Shown: positions 37,521-49,790 of the stretch, piece after piece
How the letters are laid out: every line of letters starts with the position of its first letter
Position numbering within the stretch: the stretch's first letter is position 1
Origin: Camelus dromedarius
Lineage: Eukaryota
Direction of reading: 5' to 3'
NCBI RefSeq assembly: GCF_036321535.1
Contig: NC_087459.1
Coordinates: 17,918,001-17,982,000, forward strand
Length of the DNA: 64,000 nucleotides
The notes under the pieces: generated by a model
Told to the model about the DNA's origin: nothing
The model's database searches: none
The model's input: only the letters and a program-made list of their open reading frames with translations
Position numbers and translations under genes: made by a program

Positions 37521-38482
37521 TGAATCAGCACTCCCTTAGGAAAGACGAAGATGTTATACTCCTTCTAAACTGCCTCTCTCATCAATAGTATGATCTGACT
37601 GCCTCCGCACAGGTTCCTCTGGGTTCAGTACGCTGGCCCTTCCCCGCGGCGTGTGATGAGGATTCTCACACTGCCCCGTCTCTATTCATACTACAAACGA
37701 TTGAGGAAACACCAAGTTGGCGACGGCATTCGACAGGACTCACGTGACACCAGTACTTCCATCATCTAAGTATTAAGTTCGTCTCTTTCTCTCTTCATTG
37801 GGGTACCAATGAACACGGGGTACCAATGTGACTATTGACACAAATTCACCCACTGAAATTGCACGGCAGCAACTGGTTATGAGGTGGTCAAGGTACACGA
37901 TCCAAAATATGCTTACATTTTTTTTTCTTAGGTTATTACCGAAGTCGAAAACAAAATTTTGAAATTCTCATAGAGAATTCACAAAACATCAGTGAACACC
38001 AATTTGGTTTAATGAACATCACTGCTGGAGTCTGAGAGAAAGAAACAAGAGAAAATTCGAACCTAACCCAGTAAATACCAATGTGACCAATTTAGCTTTC
38101 CTGAGCAGCAGCTTCCAGCCCTCTACTGGATGTCACCATTAAGCTGAGCCACTCTCACTTGGAATTTAAAAATGTCCCAAATTGGCATTCATTATTTTCC
38201 CACTGACCTGCCCAGGCCTGTTTGTCTCAGCTTCCTCTTATTTCTATCAGGAGCATCTGCATCTAACTAGGAAAAAAGCCTCCCTTTTCACTTTCCTTTC
38301 TTTTGGTCCCTTTATCAGTTACCAGGTCCTCACATCTGTTCTTTTCTGTTTTCTTTTTCAGTTTTATTAGGTAGAACTGTTACAATTTGACTGTACATAT
38401 ACAATGTATTGCATGTAAATACATATACACAATATACTGCACATATTTTAAAATTTACATATATGCACTATTCATTGTTTCT

Positions 38483-38559
38483 TTTTTAATTAATTATTTA
38501 TTTATTTATTTTTAACTTTTTTTATTGAGTTATAGTCATTTTACAATGTTGTGTCATAT
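38483..38559 (-). mobile_element. Ultra-short young L1 3' tip (77 bp), perfect 14-bp TSD
   Basis: TSD tattcattgtttct at 38469-38482 and 38560-38573; tttattgagttatagtcattttacaatgttgtgtca is the same family as 12420-12702; TT|AGAA site. Confidence 0.9.
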
Positions 38560-38649
38560 TATTCATTGTTTCTAAGAACATTTAGAGCTTTAGTGACACC
38601 AGCACTTCCATCATGTAAGTATTAATAAAATACTTGTGGAATAAAGCCA

Positions 38650-39145
38650 ACCACAAAATAAGAATTAATTCAAAAAGATACATACACCCTGCTATTAACA
38701 GCAACATTATTTATAGTTGCCAAGATACAGAAGCATCCTAAGTGCACATCAATAGATGAATGGTTAAAAAAGATGCAGCATATAAACGTAATGGAATACA
38801 ACTCACCCAGAAGAAAGAAGGCTATTTTGCCATTTGTGGCCCTTCATTTTTTTTTTTTCACTTCAAAAATCAGAATTTTATAACTGGCATGAACATTCCC
38901 ATTGCATCAAAAACAACAAAAAAAAAAACCTAGAAATAAACTTAACCAAGGAGGTTACCTATACTCTGAAAACTGTAAAACACTGAAGAAGGAAACTGAA
39001 GATGATACAAAGAAATGGAAAGATATCTTGTGCTTTTGGATTGGAAGATTCAACATTATCAAAATGGCTGTACTACCCAAAGCAATCTACAGATCCAATG
39101 CAACCCCCGTCGAAATACATTTTTCACAGAACTAAAACAAACAAT
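38650..39145 (+). mobile_element. Rearranged L1 ORF2 fragments (C-terminal piece followed by post-RT piece)
   Basis: aagcatcctaagtgcacatcaatagatgaatgg...; then YSENCKTLKKETEDDTKKWKDILCFWIGRFNIIKMAVLPKAIYRSNA. Confidence 0.8.
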
Positions 39146-39289
39146 AATTGTTCATTTTTTAACTGGATGCCTTTTGCCATGTTACTCTCACCATCCTAGA
39201 CAAAGCTGCCTGCCTGTCTTTAAATCTTTCCTCATCAATTCACCACTCCACCTACTCACCACCAACAAATTTAGTATTATTAAGTGCTA

Positions 39290-39815
39290 TTTTAGAATTT
39301 TTCTTACATTTTAAATGTTTCAGTATTGCAAGATTCAACAATTAACATTTTGCCACAATTGCTTTATTTTTATTTCTCTCTAAACCAATGGAAAGGTAAT
39401 CACAGATATCATGACATGTCACCCCTAAATATCTCAGCATGTATCTCTTAAGAATAAGGCCATCTCTTCTATTACAGCACCACAACTAATCACACACTTG
39501 ATGTAATCCTTTTTACCTGCTATGGTCCATGTTCAAATTTCCTCAACTGTCCCTTTAATGTTTGTGATAGCTTTTTTGGTCATCGTGCAGAATCCAATCC
39601 AGGATCATGAAATGATATTTAGTTGTCATTTTCTTGTCCCCTTTAATCTAAATAATTCCCTGCCTTTTTCCTCTTCTATGATACTGATATTTTTGAAGAG
39701 TCTAGGACAGTTGTTTCCAAAAACAGTCTCTAATTTGGATTTGCCCACATGTTCCTTCATGAGAGCATTAGGGCTAAGACTTTTTGGCAGGGGAACTACG
39801 TAGGTGACGTTCTGA
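39290..39815 (-). mobile_element. L1MC-type 3' region
   Basis: catgacatgtcacccctaaatatctcagcatgtatctcttaagaataagg...aatccaatccaggatca...tttggcaggggaactacgtaggtga. Confidence 0.65.
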
Positions 39816-40504
39816 CACCAAAATCACTCTTAAAACAGGAATGTCATCATTCTCCCACACTGTCCCAGATGCTCGCTATCTTCTAGAGAAAGCCAAACCC
39901 TTGTCTTGAATTCAGTGTTCCTCCACTGTATGTTCCCATCCCTCCACACAATGTTGCACCAATACAAACCCTCCTCTGTCTCCATCCAATGTATTCTCCT
40001 CATGATTCCCAAACATAAGAGAACCACAGAGACCTGTAGATATCACCCAGTCCAACTTCCTGATTGGACAAAGAAACATTTTACTACAAGAAAGGAAGGG
40101 ACCAAAGGAGGAAAATGAAAACTATTCTTGTCTAGAAAAAGAAATCCTGACTCCTCTCCTTGTACAGTGAGAAAGGACTGGACAATAAGTAACTACTTCA
40201 CTCATCTCCCACGTAAACGACCTGAGGCGTTGGAGGAACAGACTAAATGACTCTACACCAAAGAGCTCTAACTGGTTGGTCAGCTGGAACTGTCGACTAT
40301 AAACTTCATAGTTCCAGCTGACCAACCAACAGGTCCCGTATACTCAAAGGTGTCCCCTTTCCCTTAAAGTGAGCTGGCAGAAGGGAAATGCTCTGGTCTT
40401 TGGCCAAAGAACAACCAAAAAGCTCACAGACTGTAAGACCAAACTCAACAACTAGGGCCACAGAATCAACCTAAACAGCTCACGCAGAAACAATCTGAGC
40501 CTAC

Positions 40505-41515
40505 CTCAGACTGTACACAAAAATTAATTCAAGATGGACCATAGAACTAAATGTAAAACCTAAACAAGCTTCTAGAAGAAAACAAGAGAACCCTCCTACA
40601 CTGTTGGTGGGAATGTAAACTGGTGCGGCCAATATGGAAAACAGGATGAAAGCTCCTTAAAAAACTAAAAATAGAACAAAAAAAGAGCAAAAAACTAAAA
40701 ACAGAGTTACCATATGACCCAGCAATTCCACTCCTGGGCATATATCTGGAGGAAACTCTAATTTGAAAAGACANNNNNNNNNNNNNNNNNNNNNNNNNNN
40801 NNNNNNNNNNNNNNNNNNNNNNNNNNNNNNNNNNNNNNNNNNNNNNNNNNNNNNNNNNNNNNNNNNNNNNNNNNNNNNNNNNNNNNNNNNNNNNNNNNNN
40901 NNNNNNNNNNNNNNNNNNNNNNNNNNNNNNNNCATGGATGGACCTAGAGATTGTCTTACTAAGTGAAGAAAGTCAGACAAAGGCAAATACCATATGATAT
41001 CCCTTTTATGTAGAATCTAAAAAAAGGACACAAATGAACTTTTTTATGAAATAGAAATAGACTCACCTAGAAAACAAATTTATGGTTACCAAAGGAGAAA
41101 AAAAAATTTAAATATGAAAATATCTTGTAGTAACTATGGTGAAAAAGAATATGAAAACAAATATATGTATATGCATGTATGACTGAAGCATTATGCTGTA
41201 CACCAGAAATTGACACAACATTGTAAAATGACTATACTTCAATAAAAATATATTTTAAAAAATTTAAATACCAAAGGGGAAAGGGGATGGGAAGGGATAA
41301 ATTAGGAGATTGAGATTAGCGGATACAAACTACTCTATACAAAATAGACAACAAGGTCCTACTGTATAGCATAGGGAACTACACTCAATATCCTGTAATA
41401 AACTATAATGGAAAAGAAAATGTATACATATATGTATGACTGAATCACTTTGCTGTACACCAGAAACTAACACAATATTGTAAATCAACTATACTTCAAT
41501 AAAATTTTTTTAAAT
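40505..41515 (+). mobile_element. L1 ORF2 C-terminus and 3' UTR (contains N-gap and a nested L1 3' fragment at about 41101-41268)
   Basis: ccctcctacactgttggtgggaatgtaaactgg...ttaccatatgacccagcaattccactcctgggc...gggataaattaggag...caactatacttcaataaa. Confidence 0.9.
40774..40932. other. Assembly gap (159 N)
   Basis: Run of N. Confidence 1.
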
Positions 41516-41649
41516 TTTAAACACATATAGATATATGTATATTTATTGCACAAAAACAGATTGTACTCTGCTTTTCTTCTTTCAAAACTACATTGTGAAC
41601 ATCTTTCCATGTCAGATAAAGCATTATTTTTAAAGGCTAACCCCCTCAC

Positions 41650-42870
41650 AGAAAATCAAGAGTAATACTTCTGCTCAAGCCACAGACTGAAAGGAAATAT
41701 CTACAAAACATACCTGAGAAAGGACTTATATCTGGAATATATAAAGAACTTCTACAACTCAATACTAAAAAAGCAAATAACACAATTTTTAAAAATGGGC
41801 AGAAGACGTGAACAGACGCTTCACAAGGAAGATACACAAATGGCCAATAAGCACATGAAAAGGTGTTCAACATCCTTAGTCATCAGGGAAATGCAAATTA
41901 AAAAGTTAGATACTACAACACATCCACCAGAATGGCTAAGATTACAAAGACTGACAACACCTAATGTTAGCAAGGATGTGGGGCAATCAGAACTCTGACA
42001 CACTTGTGCTGTGGGAATGCAAAAAGCACAACCACTTGGGAAAAGTGCCAATTTCTTATAAATCTAAATACAGACCTACTCTGTAACCCAGCAATTCCAC
42101 TCCCACGTCTTTACCCAAGAGATATGAACCTGTGTTGTGCACAGAAAGACTTAACAGAGCAATGTTTAGAGCAGCTTTATTTATGATTGCACCAAATTGG
42201 AAATAGCCCAAGTATCGATCAATAAGAGACTGAATAAATAAAAGTGTGGTATGTTCAGACCATGAATGTAAGAATGTTCAGTGATAAAAAGGAACTACTG
42301 AAACAGACAACAACATGAATAAATCTCTGAAACCATGCTGAAGGAAAGAAGCCTCACCAAAAGAACATACACTGTATGATTTCACTTACTTGAAATTCCA
42401 AAATGGGCTAAATTAGTTTACAGTGGGAAAACAATCAGAACGGTGGTTGCCTTCAGGGATGCTGGTACAAAGACTGACTGGGAAGTAACACAAGAGAACC
42501 TCCTAGGGTGACAGCCATGTTCTACATCTTGGTAGGAGATTAGGGGAAATAGTATTTGTCAAAACTAATCAAGTGGCATATTTAAGATCATTGTATTCCA
42601 CAATTTTATCTTTAAAAAAACCCAGTAAACAAATATTAAACTCTAGTTAAGAATATGTATACTCTGAACTGAATGTTTGCAACTTACTTTGAAATGAATC
42701 AAAAAATGAGATGGGTCAATGAACAGACAGATGGACAGATTTGTAATAAAGCAAATATAGCAAAATGTTCATGGTAGAACACAGGAGGTGGGTACATGGG
42801 TGCTCACTGTACAATTCTTTCAAATTTCTTCTGTGTTAGAAATTTTTCATATTAAAATACTGGGGGGTAA
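41650..42870 (+). mobile_element. Older L1 (L1MB/MC/ME-type) ORF2 C-terminus and 3' UTR
   Basis: [35 protein letters not shown] is L1 ORF2-like; 3' end gcaacttactttgaaatg...atgggtgctcactgtacaattctttc. Confidence 0.85.
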
Positions 42871-42879
42871 AAAAGAATA

Positions 42880-43226
42880 AAATAATGCCATTAGGAGCAA
42901 CATGGATGGACCTGGAGATCATCATACTGAGTGAAGTTAAGCCAGAAAGAGAAAGTAAAATACCATATGATATCATTCATATGTGGAATCTTTTAGGACA
43001 CAAATGAACTTATTTATAAAACAGAGACAGACTCTCAGACACAGAAAACAAACTTATGGTTACCAGCGGGGAAAGGGGGTGGGGAAGGATAAATTGGGAG
43101 TTCAGGACTTGTAGATAACGAACTACTATATATAAAATAGATAAACAACAACATCCTACTGTACAGCACAGGCAACTATATTCAGTATCTTGTAATAACC
43201 TATAATGAAAAAGAACATGAAAAGGA

Positions 43227-43291
<65 letters not shown>

Positions 43292-43360
43292 AATGAATCT
43301 TTATGCTGTACTCCAGAAATTAACACAACATTGTAAATTGACTATACCTCAATTTAAAAA
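42880..43360 (+). mobile_element. L1 3' end with internal (AT)n expansion
   Basis: gcaacatggatggacctggagatcatcatactgagtgaag...ggataaattgggagttcagg...attgactatacctcaat. Confidence 0.9.
43227..43291. repeat. (AT)n microsatellite with two GT interruptions
   Basis: Directly visible; about 32 dinucleotide units. Confidence 0.95.
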
Positions 43361-45201
43361 ATATATATGCTGTTGCTGGAAAGACCAGACGAAGTGGCTC
43401 TCAAGAAATCCTTACTTACTGATTTTGTTTCATTTGATGATTCAAGAGCTAATTTGACACAGACTATTATTTCATCCTATTACTGCAAGTATCATAATGA
43501 CCACCTTAACAAAATATTCTAGATAAATGGTTGATAAGTGACTGGAAAATCATGTTTGATAATTGAATATTGAAATTTTCCACAAAATTAAGTGTGTCTT
43601 TGTAAGAGGAAGAGGAGCTTAGAAATAGAATTTAAGCTATTTTGGATAATGGCTCTCCAGCTATACACCTGAACAGTCTCCAGGATAATTATCAAATTAA
43701 CTGACTGATTTGATGCTAGCATGTATTCCCCTCCTTGTGCATTTCAAAAATACCTATGTCCACAGAGTTTTACAACTACAAGTGTTGTAGGACCAGCTTT
43801 GATATGGGTCAAGGTATTTGAAATGTTTATTAAATTAGTTGGTATTCAGTTTCTTTCAAAATGTCACTGACTGTGGAAAGAAGTAAAAAAGACCTAACTG
43901 TTGGTGCTTTCTCTTTTCCCACCGATTTGTACCTAAGAATAAATTTCAGAGATAAATATATATGAAAATAAAAATTAAAAAAAAAATATATATATATATA
44001 CACACACATATATAGGAGGGGAAAAAATCTTCACAGACACATTTACCCTGGCACCTTTGGTTTTCATCTGCACTATACTGAGCTTCCAGAGAGGACGGTC
44101 ACCTACCATGCTCACATTCTCAAAACAAAACTGGCCACGGGGCAAAAGTATAAATCAGCATAAATTTATGCCTTACAAAATTTGGGACGAGGCCCAAATA
44201 GAAGTGTGAGAAGTCTGTATCTTCTTCCGAGATGACGAAGGGCATTTGCACATGTGGCCGTGAACTGGTTTCATCCTCATGATACAAGCAGTGGACCAGG
44301 CAAGGTCATGGCAATGAGTGCGGACGGGCAGGGTCACTGAAAATGGATGATTATATAAAACCTGCGAAACTTCTACAGGAGGTTGTTTTCCATTTTGTTT
44401 GTTCGTTCATTTTTTGTCTTTGTTTTTTTAAGTCTGAATGAGGCTGGTTCGGAACAAAGAAATGAGGATGGAGAAGAGTGTTTCAACCAGCTTGAGCGAC
44501 ATGGCCCTGTAGGAGGAATTCTCTCCAACCACAGTCGGGTTCATTCCAGCAAACAACTGACAAACATTTGAATTGATTCACAACTAATTTTGAAGAAAAT
44601 ATAATAAGCCACACCATACACAGACCCAGCTAGTCTTCCTCAGACACAGATAGCCTTTTTCCCCTTCTAAAAAGAGGATCTACCACATCACAAGACAAGG
44701 AACAAAGGTTCAGAACTTCATGGCTGAAAATGCCTTGAGACTTTGAGAGAGTAAGTGATGGAAAGTTCCTGAAAGTAAATGAAATGAAGTTCCTCTGTCT
44801 CACCTCTCCCCTACGTCAGAGGGTGCCCTTTAAAGTTATACCCTTCCTCTTACTCTAGGCGTATTGTGAGAACAAGGGAAACTAACTTTAAGCCAGGTAA
44901 TTTCACCCAAAGATAAAAACAATCTTGGTCACTCAAGCACCACCTGACTGAGGGCCTCCTGCTTTTAGATCAGAAGATAGTGTTCCCCAGGAGCTCCATG
45001 GGCCCTCCTGCAGAACCACAAGCAACACTGTCCCGTCAGGTTCCACTTAAGATACCAAGAAGAGTGGTAACAACAGTTTGAATGGAGACCTAGAGCTTTT
45101 CCTGCCTTGGGTCTCCGAGCTTATCTTCCACCCCCCTTGGTGATGGCAGCAGATGGGGAGGGCTCCTCGAGCTGTGCTCTGCAGTCGGGCGTCGCCCTTT
45201 A

Positions 45202-45426
<225 letters not shown>

Positions 45427-46115
45427 CTAAACCTGCCCTGCCCTCCTACCAAGGCAAGCGGTTTACCCCTGCCTACTCACCCGAGCGGTCAGGTACAAAC
45501 TGATGTCCACTCGCTTCAAAAAAAATGGCAGAAAAAAAGTTTTTACAGTCACCTGCTCTGATCACCATCCAGAGCTGGAATCTGCTGTCCTCTAAGTGAT
45601 CCTTTCTCCTTCACTCATGTCCCCAAAACATGCCAACATACTTCCACGCAGCGTGCTACCAGAGGTGGGCACGAGCGTGTGTTTTACTTCATGACCTAAC
45701 ACTACTGCTTAAAAGACACATGGGCTTGAGACTTGAAGGAATTAAATTAGCCCAGGAAGCTGTCAAGATTTGCAGTAACTTCAACAACTCTAGAAAAGAG
45801 ATAAAATTCTTATGGCTTGCTGAAGGCATAATAAAGCTTATGACATGAATCTCCCTTAAAAGACAAAAATGGGAAAAATGAAAACAACTCTTCAATCTGT
45901 AAAGGGAAATCCTGCTATAAATACAAAAGAGGCTGAAAATTGGTGACTTTTCCCAATGTGCCGTTAAATGAATCCACAGGCTGCATCAAGAGCACCACCT
46001 ACTGGCTAATCAAAAGAAAAAGGCCAGAGGGCATGGAGGCAACTATTTTTACCTTTCAGAGTATGAAACTGGGATTCTGTAGCCCAGTTCTACAAGCACT
46101 CCACAGTGGTAATCA

Positions 46116-46247
<132 letters not shown>

Positions 46248-47059
46248 TTAGCAGGCTTTCTGTTGTAGCCAGGAGAAAGAATTCAGCAGGATAAATGTGA
46301 ACTGAGAGTGAACCAGTATCCAGAAGTTCCTCCCTGGACAGTGAAGTCACGTGCGGGGATCAAAAATACGAAAAATAAGTAAAGGGCAGAACACGTGACT
46401 CAATCCGACACCACAAGCCCTGGCTTGTTCAGGCTAATGCATCAATAAGCATCTCTGATAGACATTGCTAAGGTTATACATTAGCAAAGTAATCCTGACA
46501 TGTGAGCAGAAAACTGAGCTGGAATCAGGGCTAGGCTGCAGAAACAGAGGAGGCTCTCACTCTTGGGTCATGCAAGGGCGGAATGAGCACCTCCTTCAAT
46601 TCTGTGCTTTTGGCAACTTACCTGCCTCACCTCGTCCTGGCCCTGACTAGAATCGAAAACTGTCAGTGACAAAAAGGCATCTGAAATAACCATCAGGCAA
46701 CCTCATCACACAGGTGAGGAAACTGTAGCCCAGAGAGTGCCAGTCACTAGCAGGTCAACGGCAGGGCCGCTAAGCCATGGGACAGGTTGGACCATATGCT
46801 GCTGCTGCCACTGAACAATTTCTGAGCTACAAAAACAGCAAGTTCATATGACTCAGTCTTTTAAAAGAATGAAAAAATACCGACACAAGCAGACCTTCGG
46901 TCAGGTGCCAAGAACAAATCGTGCTCTTCACCTCCCCAGGGCCTTTGTACTTACTATGTTTGGGATGATCTTCTGGCTCTCGCCTCATCAGAAGGGTCCT
47001 TCCCAATCAGATCTTCCCCTTCACAGAACTAATCACAGCCTTTGTCACCCTTAGTTACT

Positions 47060-47190
47060 TGTATAATAGCTTATTGTCTTTCTCACCCTTGGAAATACAA
47101 GCTCCACGAGAACCATGATCTTTCCTGTTTTGCCTCACTGTTTCTAGAAATTAGCACAGCACATGATAGGCACTCCAAAAACTGCAGCAA
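47060..47190 (+). mobile_element. L2 3' terminus
   Basis: ttattgtctttctcaccc...aagctccacgagaacc...agcacagcacatgataggcactc. Confidence 0.5.
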
Positions 47191-47764
47191 GTTAATGATT
47201 GTTTTAAATAGCATGCTTTTCAGCATAAGTAGCATGCTCATGGCAGAAAAAAATGGAAAACAGAATATGTCAGAAGAAAAAGAAGCGTAATCCTATCACA
47301 CTCTGTTAAACACTCAACATTTTGATGTGTCATCAAAGAATATTTTTAGAAAGAAACAGCTACAACGTGTACTGTTCTAAATAATAACCACAATCTTAAA
47401 AAAAATTACTACCCAACAGAGCAGAATTTGTTATTTCTTGAAACAAATAATAAAGCAGAATTTGCCAATATAGCAAATCCATTTAGTAAAAGCACTGTAA
47501 AAACCTAAAAATAATAATATGGGGGACTTTAGCCTTTAAAGAGGAATTCACGTTTTTCAAGATCAGTACGTTAAGTTAAATAGATAAATTTGTAAAACTG
47601 AGGGAAGTTCCTGATTTGGACAACAGAAAGAAATAGAAAACCTACTTTGGCAACCACAGAAGGATTTCTAGGCTCTTGCCAATATAACCAATTCAATTCA
47701 AAACCACCAGTGAGTACCTGCTGGGGCAGGGCCCCTGCTGGGTACCGCAGAGTCTCGCAGTGGA

Positions 47765-48569
47765 CTTGTTATTCCTGCAGCATCCACTGCCCTCCTGCTA
47801 GCACAACTCTGGTTTTCCTCTGGGCAACGGCACCCCTGCTTTCCATTCCCCTAGATCCAAATGTTTCCAGTGGAGCTGACTTCGCTTATGGCTCCAGGAC
47901 GTCACCCAGGCCTGGCCTACCAGGGCCCCAGATCCACCTAATCAAAGTAACTGATTCAGAGGTGCCAAAGCTGCACATGAAATGAAATCAAGGTTAATCC
48001 CAAGACCTCTTCTTGAGCTGTGAGAACGGAGGCCTAGAGCTGCAATGGCCACCATGTGAGACTGTGCCTTGAAGTAAAGCCAACGCACAGAAAGGCAGAG
48101 CCTAATTGGGAGTTCGGGATTTGCGGGTACTAACTGCTATATATAAAACAGATAAACAGCAAGGTCCTACTGTACAGCACTGTAGGGAACTATATTCAAT
48201 ACCCTGTAATAGCCTATAATGAAAAAGAATATAAAAAGGAATATGTACACATATATGTATATGTTTATGTATGTGTAAATGAATCACTATGTTGTACACC
48301 AGAAATTAACAACTGTAAACTGACTATACTTCGGTTATAAAAAAAAAAAAGAAAGAAAGAAAGAAACAAAGAAAGGCAGAGCCAAGAAATGGCGAGAGAG
48401 AGAGACCAGGTTCTAATGACATAGTCTGTGCTCCTGGATCAAGCCAGGCCTGCAGGAAGTACATCCCTGAACTTCTCAGTTCTATAAGCCAATATAGACT
48501 CCTTTTCCTTTAAGCCAGTTTGAATCGGGGTTTTGGCACTTGCAACCAAAAGAATCCTAAACTGACACA
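47765..48569 (+). mobile_element. MaLR/ERVL-type solo LTR (MLT1J/K-like) interrupted by an L1
   Basis: gtggagctgac...cacccaggcctggcc...aaagccaacgcacagaaaggcagagcc//...cctggatcaagcc...taagccagtttgaatcgggg...cacttgcaaccaaaagaatcctaa. Confidence 0.7.
48103..48369 (+). mobile_element. L1 3' UTR inserted in the LTR, perfect 14-bp TSD
   Basis: TSD agaaaggcagagcc at 48089-48102 and 48370-48383. Confidence 0.9.
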
Positions 48570-49569
48570 GGTTTCATGTGAATAAGATGTGGTCCCTAGT
48601 CTCTACCTCATGTACCCAAAGCGCAAGATATGGCCAATGGGTTCTTATCATTTCATATTAATAACTGATTTTTAATTATAAACAAACAGCATAATAACCT
48701 TATAGCACCAACAGGAAGCAGCATGGGCACTGACAATAAAAGGTAAGAGTCCCCCACATTCACTTATGTTGCTTTGCATGTGATTTCACATTCTCCTTAG
48801 ACATAAGGAAGTACTTCTCACAAAGTGCCCTGCACGTAGGAGACATGTCGTAAGTATCTGTTAAATAAAATAAATATATAGGAACAAATGCTAAATCACT
48901 CCCTAAAATATTTCCCGTATCAGTCCACACAAGTCCACCCTGTTTCCACCTAGGTGTAGACAGTGGGCACGAGCTGCCAGGTGTGTTCTGAGAGCCACCT
49001 TTCTCTTCCCCCACTCTCTGTTGCTCATTTTCCTGGTTAAATGCATGAGTATATATAAACAGCAGCGAGGATAATATCCAAGGCCTTCAATATGCAGGGT
49101 AGGTACTAACATCAAAACAAGGTCACTGTGGATACGCTAGCCCACCTTCCGTTCACAGGACTTCTTCCAAAGCTTCCCCATGTTACGTCAAATACATTCA
49201 TTATGCAGAAAGAAAGTGAAGTGCCAGGGAAAAACAGCTCTGAGAAGTCAAAAGCAGTGGCCTTCTGGGATTGGGACTGGGTAGAGAAAGAAAATGTTAT
49301 TTTTCCCTATGAGACCTTCAGACCTATTTAACTTTTTCAGCATTGTAGATGATGAGGAAACATTTTTACTAAATTCAAGGAAAAAAAAAACAATTAACTC
49401 GCTTATGGGTCTGGACTTCCAATTTGTAGTTTAGCAAAATCTGCTGAGCTTCATGGCTTTTTAGAAACGACGTACCTGTCATTCAAATAGAACCCTTAGG
49501 AGTTCCTTAAGAATTATTCCCTTTGGGTGACTGCGAGAGCTACAGGGTCTTGAATGAGAGGTTCAAGAG

Positions 49570-49790
49570 AAAGGAAGTAATGTTCACTGAACGCCTCCTC
49601 TGGACCAGGAGCTGCGCGCCTGTCTTGTTTAATCCTCCCAAGAATCGTACCGTGTGTACTCTACATTCATTTTACTGAGCAGGAAGTTGAGGTCTCTGCT
49701 AATATACAGCAGCCCAAAGATTTAAAACTAGGTCTGCCCGTCTCCAAAGTCAACAACAGTCCTTCCACTCTGCCACACTCCTCAGTAAAT
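49570..49790 (-). mobile_element. MIR SINE
   Basis: ttgtttaatcctcccaag...cattttactgagcaggaagttgagg...aactaggtctgcccgtctccaaagtc. Confidence 0.5.

Noticed and set aside
37744-38625. 33-bp direct repeats resembling CRISPR repeat length
   Set aside because: Only two copies about 850 bp apart in a mammalian intron; no array and no cas genes
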